NCBI GenBank assembly: GCA_913058555.1
Contig: CAJXRJ010000001.1
Span: 1-39,041 of the forward strand
Source of the DNA: an uncultured bacterium
Lineage (GTDB): Bacteria; Planctomycetota; UBA1135; GCA-002686595
Length of the DNA stretch: 39,041 nt
Direction: 5' to 3'
Position numbers and translations under genes: made by a program. Below, piece by piece: positions 9,784 to 16,905 of the stretch. Numbering within the stretch: the first letter of the stretch is position 1; each line of letters opens with the position of its first letter. The notes under the pieces are model-generated. The model worked only from the letters and a program-made list of their open reading frames with translations, ran no database searches and was not told the origin of the DNA.

Positions 9784-10893
9784 CTAAGGCACTTTGCCCG
9801 CAGCGATCCAGCGCATCGCCCGCGTCACGGCCCACTTCGTGTCTGAATGGGCGACCACGGAGGGCCAGCTCGATCCGGCAGCGGCCCGAGCTCGTTTCGG
9901 AAGAGCTCGGCGCCATACCTCCATGGGCGTGTGGTTCCCCACGGCGCCCCCGTTGGGGGGGGCTGGCATGCGCTCGAGGGCGGCGTTCTGCCATTCGATG
10001 AGAGCCTCGAGATCCTGTAGGCAGGCGTAGGGAAACTCTGTCGCGCCTGGATGCTCTTCACCGGCGTCCCGAAGCATGCGCTCCATCGACCATTGGAAGT
10101 CGAGAATCATCCTCCCCCGGGAGGTTGGCAGCCACGCCTCCGCGTTCTCCATGGCGGCCATCAACCTGGCTCGATCCCCCTCAGAACGAACCACCCGAAG
10201 CAGGTTCGCGATCGCCAACTTCATGTACGGCAAGCGCCTACCAGGGGCAGGAAGGCCCATCTGCCTGAACTTGTTTTCGCTCGGCGAAGTCAACGCCAGG
10301 ATCATCGCGTCTGTTCCCAGGCGCACCAGCTCCGGCTCCCGCGTCGCCAAAAGATCCTCCGCCAGACGCAGCATCGTCTCCATGCCGTCCATCACCTGAA
10401 TCGCATCCCCGCGCTCCGCGCCCTGGAAGATGTAGAAACCAAGCCCAGTGCAAAGAAGAGCGAGGCCCTCTTGGGCAGTCCTGCCCTTGGCAATGGCAGC
10501 ATGATCCGCCGTCGGCTCCCCGCTCAACTCGTCCACGGCCCGCTGGATCTCCAGGTTCTGGAGCAGCACGTGGAGCCTGTAGCGGTGCATTGGGCGCGAC
10601 TTGACGCCCACCATGAAAGCGGGCACGCCCTGGGAGTCCACGTCCCCGTCACTTCCCTTCGATAGCGCAAGCACTCGCTGCCCCACCGAGAAGGCAGCCG
10701 CCAATCGACTCGCCCGTCCCGGATCCTCCGCAGGATCCCGCGCCAGCAGAGCCCCGAGCTCCACGCGGCGCTCGTCGAGTCGCGCCATGAAGTGCTCCCG
10801 GGTCACATGCCGATTCGCGATCGCAGCCACGAGCAAGGCGCCGGCCGCCAGGAAACCGATGGCCGTGACCGCCTTGGGGATCGTCTTTCCCAC
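9784..10893 (-). CDS. Tandem-array paralogue 4 of 5 (369 aa)
   Basis: GTG start at 10893 (GKTIPKAVTAIGFLAAGALLV) by homology; RLDERRVEL, AERGD, LAEDLLATREPEL, DRARLMAAM, LQDLEALIEWQN, RWIAAGKV. Confidence 0.85.
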   Translation of the reverse strand: MGKTIPKAVTAIGFLAAGALLVAAIANRHVTREHFMARLDERRVELGALLARDPAEDPGRASRLAAAFSVGQRVLALSKGSDGDVDSQGVPAFMVGVKSRPMHRYRLHVLLQNLEIQRAVDELSGEPTADHAAIAKGRTAQEGLALLCTGLGFYIFQGAERGDAIQVMDGMETMLRLAEDLLATREPELVRLGTDAMILALTSPSENKFRQMGLPAPGRRLPYMKLAIANLLRVVRSEGDRARLMAAMENAEAWLPTSRGRMILDFQWSMERMLRDAGEEHPGATEFPYACLQDLEALIEWQNAALERMPAPPNGGAVGNHTPMEVWRRALPKRARAAAGSSWPSVVAHSDTKWAVTRAMRWIAAGKVP

Positions 10894-10940
10894 GGTGACA
10901 GGTCTTAGGAACAATGGGGATTGGCTGGCCGCAGCACTTT

Positions 10941-12038
10941 CTAGCGAGCCCCATCCATGAGGGCCTTGACGCTGCTGACTCGCATCTGAATCAGACCGAA
11001 GGCGCGTTCCACGAAGAACGGACCGACGACGATCTCTTTCTCCTCGCCTTTGGCGGCATTCACTTCTCCAATGAGCCCGTTGCTGAACAGCTGAAGGGTC
11101 TGTTGCGATCCTTCGTCCATGGCCTCTCGGAAACGTTCGTGCAGCTCGATCGAGGCTTCTACCGCGTCCACCCATTGAATGGGCACGCCATCGGAATGAT
11201 CCCTTTCCGCAGCAATCAGCAGGCCGGCGAGCGTTCGGCGAGACTTCAGTCGCCATATCTCTCTTCGCTCTGGCGTGGCTGCGACCAGCAGGTCGAGGGC
11301 GAATCGGAGCCGGTCCCTGGATTCGGGTTTGGTGAGCGCCGCCATAACCCTTCCTTCCTCGAGTTGGTCCTGAACGAGCGTGGCCTGACGCATTGGCCCC
11401 ACCGAGCCCAAGACCATGGATCGGTCCGCGGCACGGAACGCACCGTGGAAGGCCGCCTCCCCCAGCACCCACATGTTTGGATCCTGCTCCCCCATGAGGT
11501 CCGTGGCCAGCTGCATGAGAGCTTGCAAGTCCAGGAGGACACGTTGTTCCGCTCCGTCCTCGATCGCGAGCGACAGATCGAGGCAAAGGACGTCGATGGC
11601 CGCGAGGATTTGATCATTCGGCCCGGCGGTCGCAGCCTCCGTCAGCGGCGCCACTTCGCGACGTTCGAGATAGCTCTGAACATGGACGGCCACCCGTGGG
11701 TCGCCAAGGATGATGGCACGGTCCGCTGGCGTGAGCGGATCGCCTGCGGAAGCGAATCGCTCCGCCGCCAAGCGATCGAGCGCCACACGGAGCTCCGACC
11801 CATCGTCTCCAAATGCCAGGTGCGCACCAAGCCGCGCCGCGGCGGCGAGGCGGGCCGCCCGCTCAGGCTCCACGGCCGGCCGGGCCCCGCGCATCGCGTC
11901 AAGCTCGACGATGCGCTTCTCCAGCCGCTCCCGGAACTCTTCGGGCGGGACAAGCCTCTTCGAGTAGGCGAGCCACATGATGGCGCACGCGCCGAGAATC
12001 CCGGCCCACGTGGCGATTCGGATGAGTGTCTTTCCCAT
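10941..12038 (-). CDS. Tandem-array paralogue 3 of 5 (365 aa; most diverged copy)
   Basis: MGKTLIRIATWAGILG..TM, EEFRERLEKRIVEL, EPERAARLA, ADRAIILGDP, LATDLM..QDP, SRDRL, P.QWVDAVEASIE. Confidence 0.85.
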   Translation of the reverse strand: MGKTLIRIATWAGILGACAIMWLAYSKRLVPPEEFRERLEKRIVELDAMRGARPAVEPERAARLAAAARLGAHLAFGDDGSELRVALDRLAAERFASAGDPLTPADRAIILGDPRVAVHVQSYLERREVAPLTEAATAGPNDQILAAIDVLCLDLSLAIEDGAEQRVLLDLQALMQLATDLMGEQDPNMWVLGEAAFHGAFRAADRSMVLGSVGPMRQATLVQDQLEEGRVMAALTKPESRDRLRFALDLLVAATPERREIWRLKSRRTLAGLLIAAERDHSDGVPIQWVDAVEASIELHERFREAMDEGSQQTLQLFSNGLIGEVNAAKGEEKEIVVGPFFVERAFGLIQMRVSSVKALMDGAR

Positions 12039-12056
12039 AGCAATAGAGGCCGAGCC

Positions 12057-13175
12057 TCAGTCCACCTTACCGGAGAGGATCCAGCGTTTGACGCGGGAGG
12101 ATTCGACCTGGGTCCCTTTGAATGCGGCGATGGAGCCCCAAAGGGTGGTCGCCGCTGACCGAGCCATCGAAGGCAGTTTGGTGGCTTGGCTCTTGGCCTC
12201 GGCGAAGGCGGACCGTTTGGCGACGAATCCGGGTTCATCGATCATCGCCAGAACCTTGTCCTGCCACTCGATCAGGGCTTCGAGATCTTCCAGCCGCGCC
12301 CGCGGAACGGGGTTTCCGGGCCCGTGCTCCAAGTCGACCAGCTGCCCCATCGCGTCCACGCTCCCGAGGAATCCCGAGAGAACGACCTGTCGAGCCGTAG
12401 GCAGCTGACCTTCTGCACGCTCAATGGCGGCGACGAGCCGCTTGCGACCCTCGGGGGAGCTCACCACCTCGAGGAGTTTCTCCACCGACGTCTTTTCAAA
12501 CCACTCGATGGGGAAAGGGTTGACGTGCTCGGCTGCGACCCGCTCGGTCGCCTTGGCGGAAGTCAGCGCTGCTGAGAGCGTCATGCTGCCGCAGAGTTTG
12601 AGGATGAGGTCGCTGCTTCCGAGCGCGTCGTAACTCAGGTTGGTCAGGGCTTCAAATGCCATGACCGTACCCTGTTCGTCGCCCCGGTCCGCGGCCTGGC
12701 TCACGACCAAGGAGAGATAGTCTCGGACAAAGGAGATCTCGTTGACCGGCAGTTTGTCGGCCAACGCGGCGTCTCGCTCGGAGGGCTCCAGCAGATCGAA
12801 CCCGGCCACGCTGAGGCGAAGGTCCACATGGGGCAAGATCATGTCCCGATCCGCCGCCGAGAATTTTGCGCCAGCGTCCTCGCCCAGATGCCGCCTGTTG
12901 AGCGCTATGGCGAGGGCGGAACCCGTTCCTTCCTCGCCATATTCAAAGTCGCGAATCCGAGCCCCGATCACGACCACCATCGCGAGTCGTTTCGCCATCT
13001 CGGGATCGGCGGCGACGCCCCTCGTTCGCTGGAGGTGCAACTCTGCGATCCGTCCGTGGAGCCGCCCCGTGAATTCTTCTGAGCTCACGGTTCGGCTGGC
13101 CATCGCGAACCAGACCAGAATGCCAGCGGCAAGGATTCCGAGGCCGGTCGCTACGCGTTGCATCATCGAATGCAT
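12057..13175 (-). CDS. Tandem-array paralogue 2 of 5 (372 aa)
   Basis: QRVATGLGILAAGILVWF TM, EEFTGRL..RIAEL, DPEMAKRLA, ADRDMIL, ADRGDE, EGRKRLVAAIERAE.QLPTAR, LEDLEALIEWQD, KRWILSGKVD. Confidence 0.87.
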   Translation of the reverse strand: MHSMMQRVATGLGILAAGILVWFAMASRTVSSEEFTGRLHGRIAELHLQRTRGVAADPEMAKRLAMVVVIGARIRDFEYGEEGTGSALAIALNRRHLGEDAGAKFSAADRDMILPHVDLRLSVAGFDLLEPSERDAALADKLPVNEISFVRDYLSLVVSQAADRGDEQGTVMAFEALTNLSYDALGSSDLILKLCGSMTLSAALTSAKATERVAAEHVNPFPIEWFEKTSVEKLLEVVSSPEGRKRLVAAIERAEGQLPTARQVVLSGFLGSVDAMGQLVDLEHGPGNPVPRARLEDLEALIEWQDKVLAMIDEPGFVAKRSAFAEAKSQATKLPSMARSAATTLWGSIAAFKGTQVESSRVKRWILSGKVD

Positions 13176-13193
13176 CCTAGTGGAGACCTGCAG

Positions 13194-14306
13194 TCAGTCC
13201 ACCATGCCGGCGGCGATCCAGCGTTTCGCACGTTCGCCGAGCTCGTTCGTTTCCTCGAATTCCCGCGCTGCCACCCAGGGGAGGCCATCTCCGATTCGCG
13301 CGCTCCGGGACAGGCGACGGTGCGCGCGATCGGAGGCCTCGGAGAGCTCTTTTGAAAGCTGGAATCCGGGCTCCTCGGTCCTCTTGAGCTCCTCGCCCTG
13401 CCACAGGATGAGCTCCTCCAAACCCTCCAACCAGCGACCGGGGATGAGCTCGGCCCCATGGCACTTCGCGTCGACGTCGCGCTGGTGGTAATAGGCGGAC
13501 ATGAGGAAGCCGAAGATGGCGCCGTCCCTCGCCGTCGGGATCCAGGCTTGCGTCCGCTCGATCGCTGCGGCCAATCGGGCTCGGCCTTCCTCCGATGGAA
13601 CCGCGCCGAGCATCCGCTCCATCGACGGCGCCATGAAAGCAGCCTCTTCATCGGGGCCATTGAAGCCTTTGTCCACCCGCTCCACCTCGCCGGCGGAGCG
13701 AATAGCCGTTCGGAAAGCGTAGGTGCCCGCGTAGGCGAGCTCGGGGGTTCGGCGCTCGAAGCAATCCTCGGCCAGCAACATCAGGCGCTCGAACCCGCCC
13801 ACGATGGCGGGCTCGTCTCCTCGGTCAACGGCGAAAGAGATCATGAGGGCCAAGTACTCGGCCAGTGCCCGAAGGTCGAACTCCACCACGGTGTCGATCC
13901 TCTTGCCATGGAAGACGGGCTCGCCCCCTCGGGAGAGCTGCTCGATGGCACCCAAGACTTCCGGGTGAACCAGGATCAGCTCTCGGTCCGCCTCCCCAAA
14001 GGCCTCGTGCCTGATACCGAACTTACGGCCCAGGGCCACTGCGAGCCGATGGCTCGCTTGGGACTCGGTGTTCTCGAAGGTGCGGAGCCTGGCACCGACT
14101 GCGATCGAAAGGGCGATGCGATCTTCGCGGTTGAGATCAGTATCCGAGGGGTGGGAGAGCATGCGGTTGAGCTCGGCTCGCCGCTCGTCGAACCGCCCAA
14201 CGAAGTCATCCATCCTCACCTTTGGTTTCGACGTGGCGAACCAGATGACGGCGATGGTGGCCAAGAGGGCGAGCGCCATGGCAGCGCGCTGGAAGGTCTT
14301 GCTCAA
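13194..14306 (-). CDS. Tandem-array paralogue 1 of 5 (370 aa)
   Basis: TTG start; SKTFQRAAMALALLATIAVIWF TM, RFDERRAEL, ADRELIL, VDRGDE, LAED..RRTPEL, EGRARLAAAIERT.AWIPTAR, LEGLEELILWQ, KRWIAAGMVD. Confidence 0.87.
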   Translation of the reverse strand: MSKTFQRAAMALALLATIAVIWFATSKPKVRMDDFVGRFDERRAELNRMLSHPSDTDLNREDRIALSIAVGARLRTFENTESQASHRLAVALGRKFGIRHEAFGEADRELILVHPEVLGAIEQLSRGGEPVFHGKRIDTVVEFDLRALAEYLALMISFAVDRGDEPAIVGGFERLMLLAEDCFERRTPELAYAGTYAFRTAIRSAGEVERVDKGFNGPDEEAAFMAPSMERMLGAVPSEEGRARLAAAIERTQAWIPTARDGAIFGFLMSAYYHQRDVDAKCHGAELIPGRWLEGLEELILWQGEELKRTEEPGFQLSKELSEASDRAHRRLSRSARIGDGLPWVAAREFEETNELGERAKRWIAAGMVD

Positions 14307-14344
14307 AGCTCCGCCAGGGTACGAAAGCTCCCGAAGAGAGGGCC

Positions 14345-14382
14345 AATAGAAGGAAGGCCGCAGCGATGGCTGCGGCCTTCCT
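14345..14382 (-). terminator. Probable intrinsic terminator of the fasciclin-PDZ gene
   Basis: 14-bp perfect stem AGGAAGGCCGCAGC/GCTGCGGCCTTCCT (14351-14382) with a 4-nt loop, followed on the minus strand by TCTATT. A second hairpin GCCCCTG/CAGGGGC lies at 14411-14430. Confidence 0.65.
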
Positions 14383-14444
14383 CCCTCAGACGGGTTCGCT
14401 GAATGACGCCGCCCCTGTTGCGTCAGGGGCCTGCGATAGGCCGA

Positions 14445-15257
14445 CTAGTGGTCCTCGGCCCCGACCTTGCTCGAAATGCGGACCTTCTTGCCCCGGCGGA
14501 GGATGTCCAGGCGGACTTCGCCGCCGAAGCCGACGTCTTCCTTGATCTGACGGATCGCGTCCTGGGTGGCCTTTTTGTCGTTGATGGACACGATCAGGTC
14601 ATAGCTCAAGAGCCCAGCCTTCTCAGCTTCGCTGCCCTTGGTGACCTCCGTCACGAGCAGGCACTGGTTGCGGTCGACGCCGAGGTAATTCGCGAGCTGC
14701 TCGCCAGGCTTGTCCGAGAAGAATCCGATGACGAGGCGGCCTGCGGGCTTCGGAGCCTCGGGAATCAGGACCTGGTCGATGACGTGGATCACGCCGTTCG
14801 ACGCGAGGACGTCGTTGGCGATCACGTTGACTTCGCCGTTGATGCGCAGGCGGCCGCCGACGAGGGCGAAAGACACTTCTTGGCCCATGAGGGTCGGGGC
14901 GCTACCCGCCTTGAGGGCATCGGAGGCCATCACGGAGCCGGCGATCACGTGGTACTTCAGGATGCGGGCCAGGGACTCCTTGTTCTCGGGGCGCAGGAGC
15001 TCGGGGATCGCGTCGCCGAGCTTGGCGAAGGCCTCGTCCGTGGGGGCCAGGACCGTCAGGGGGCCCTTGCCGACGAGGGGCTCCACGAGGCCTGCTGCCT
15101 TGGCGGCGGCGAGGAGCGTCTTGAAGTTGCCGGCGGACTTAGCCGTCTCGACGATGTTCTCGGCCTGGGACGGGGTGTGGTCAGCCGTCGTCGCGGAGGC
15201 GCCGACGGGCAGGGTCAGGGCCAGGGCGGCGAGGGAGAGCGAGGTGAGGAGTTTCAT
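14445..15257 (-). CDS. Secreted fasciclin (FAS1) domain protein with a C-terminal PDZ domain
   Basis: Signal peptide MKLLTSLSLAALALTLPVGASA; FAS1 motifs [28 protein letters not shown]; PDZ-like LVTEVTKGSEAEKAGL..YDLIVSIND...LDILRRGK. Confidence 0.9.
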   Translation of the reverse strand: MKLLTSLSLAALALTLPVGASATTADHTPSQAENIVETAKSAGNFKTLLAAAKAAGLVEPLVGKGPLTVLAPTDEAFAKLGDAIPELLRPENKESLARILKYHVIAGSVMASDALKAGSAPTLMGQEVSFALVGGRLRINGEVNVIANDVLASNGVIHVIDQVLIPEAPKPAGRLVIGFFSDKPGEQLANYLGVDRNQCLLVTEVTKGSEAEKAGLLSYDLIVSINDKKATQDAIRQIKEDVGFGGEVRLDILRRGKKVRISSKVGAEDH

Positions 15258-15510
15258 CTTGGAGTAGGGCCGTAGTTCGAGGGATGTATCTGGGGGGGGG
15301 GCGGCCCCTGGGCTCAAACGGGTCATGCAGGTAACCTTCGATCCCGGGGACGAGCATGCATTCGCCCCTTGGACGCTACACGGATCCGGAAGAACGCGCT
15401 CCGTTCCGAAAAGCCTGTGTGTGCGCCCAGAAAGCCCGCCGCGGACCCCATGGGAACCCTCGCACGAATCAGACCGAGAGGGCGGGCGCCGGATCTGTCA
15501 CCATAGGGTC

Positions 15511-16173
15511 ATGGCATGGACCGAACGACGGGAGGGCTGGACCGACGAGGACGTGGCATCGGACTACGACGCCCGGCGCTTCGCCGGCCCGATGCAGCGG
15601 CGCAAGCACGCCAACGACGCGCGGCTGGTGAGGGGCCTGCTCGCACGGGTGGGCGCCGGCCTGCACGTCCTCGACGCCCCCACGGGGACGGGCCGGATGG
15701 TCCAGGATCTCCTCGCTGCCGGGCACCGGGTCACCGGGATCGATCTCTCCGAGCCGATGCTTCACCAGGCGCTTCAAAGCCCGGGCGCGGGTCCGAACGC
15801 CGGGGGATTCCGGGGCTTTCTCTCCGGCGAGATCGAGCGCCTCCCGTTTCGGGATGACGCCTTTGACGCCGTCATCAGTCTGCGCTTCCTGTTCCACGCG
15901 AAGGATCCGGAGGTGCGCGCGCGCCTGCTCGCCGAGTTCCACCGGGTCTCCCCTTGGATGATCGGCCACGTCCGATCCCGGGAGAATCTCAAACACGCCG
16001 GCCGCTGGCTCCGCAGCCATGCGGGACTCAGCCGCCGCTACCGCCCGGCCCAAGGGCGCCGCGAGCTGGCGTCGGAACTCGCGTCGTGTGGTTGGAGGCT
16101 TGTGGAGTCCACGCCGGTCAGCCGCGTGTTCTCGGACAAGGTTCTCTTCCTCGCCCAGCGCTCGGCTACGTGA
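15511..16173 (+). CDS. Class I SAM-dependent methyltransferase (Methyltransf_11/25-like)
   Basis: VASDYDARRF, VLDAPTGTGR, VTGIDLSEPML, LPFRDDAFDAVISLRFLFH; ATG at 15511. Confidence 0.88.
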   Translation: MAWTERREGWTDEDVASDYDARRFAGPMQRRKHANDARLVRGLLARVGAGLHVLDAPTGTGRMVQDLLAAGHRVTGIDLSEPMLHQALQSPGAGPNAGGFRGFLSGEIERLPFRDDAFDAVISLRFLFHAKDPEVRARLLAEFHRVSPWMIGHVRSRENLKHAGRWLRSHAGLSRRYRPAQGRRELASELASCGWRLVESTPVSRVFSDKVLFLAQRSAT

Positions 16174-16191
16174 GCTCGGCTACGTGAGCTC
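16160..16191. repeat. 14-bp direct duplication at the junction of two convergent genes
   Basis: GCTCGGCTACGTGA twice (16160-16173, 16174-16187) plus GCTC; contains both stop codons. Confidence 0.9.
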
Positions 16192-16905
16192 CCTGGCGCT
16201 GCGTTCGTTCCGGGTGCGCTTTCGAACCTTGTAAGCGTCCATGGGCCCGCGCGCCCCACGTGCTTCGTCGGGCCCCCACCCGGCGAACGCGGCATAGCGT
16301 TCCAGCAAGCAGGAACCCACCGCGCCCAATTGGTCGAGGCTCAGCTCGAGCCGCGCAAGGTCCCGCGCGCGTTTTGCCGCGCTCACTCCGAAACGAACGA
16401 CGCTCGCGCCATCGAGGTCGATGATCCAAGCCTCGGGCCCTTCGTTCCCACGCACCAGGAGGACGTTCGATCCCTTGAGGTCACGGTGCCGGATCCCTGC
16501 CCCGTGCATTTTCGCGATGGAACGAGCCATGGAAGCAACCCAGTCATCCGCGGCGTCCGAGCGGAGCGCTTCCCCTTGGTCCACCGCCGGCACGTGCCCC
16601 ATGACCAGGGCGCAGAGGCGGCCGCGCCCCTGGGTACAAACGGCGTGAACCTCTGGCGTAGGGACACCCGCCGCCCGAAGGCACCGTGCGATGCGCGCTG
16701 CCCCAAGGGATCGGCTCCCCCGAAACAGCCGCGCCCCGCCCACCTTGACCACGAGCGATCCCCCATCGGGCGCGTCCACGATGGTGACGCCATGGGCCCT
16801 GCCGCTCCAGTGGTCCCAAGCGGCCCGGCACTCGCGCCGAAGCCAAACATCGTCGAGGTCCAGCGGACTGAAACGCCGGACGTGAAACCGGGCCCCGCCG
16901 CTCAC
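16180..16905 (-). CDS. Lipopolysaccharide kinase (Kdo/WaaP/InaA)-like phosphotransferase
   Basis: LVVK, AGVPTPEV, MHGAGIRHRDLKGSNVLL, WIIDLDGA, RARDLARL; the GTG start overlaps the upstream TGA (GTGA). Confidence 0.85.
   Translation of the reverse strand: MSGGARFHVRRFSPLDLDDVWLRRECRAAWDHWSGRAHGVTIVDAPDGGSLVVKVGGARLFRGSRSLGAARIARCLRAAGVPTPEVHAVCTQGRGRLCALVMGHVPAVDQGEALRSDAADDWVASMARSIAKMHGAGIRHRDLKGSNVLLVRGNEGPEAWIIDLDGASVVRFGVSAAKRARDLARLELSLDQLGAVGSCLLERYAAFAGWGPDEARGARGPMDAYKVRKRTRNERSARELT

Noticed and set aside
8561-14306. Diversity-generating retroelement or recombinase-shuffled cassette locus as an explanation for the array
   Set aside because: No reverse transcriptase or recombinase in the window, and no near-identical nucleotide repeats seen between copies; divergence looks old and spread throughout.
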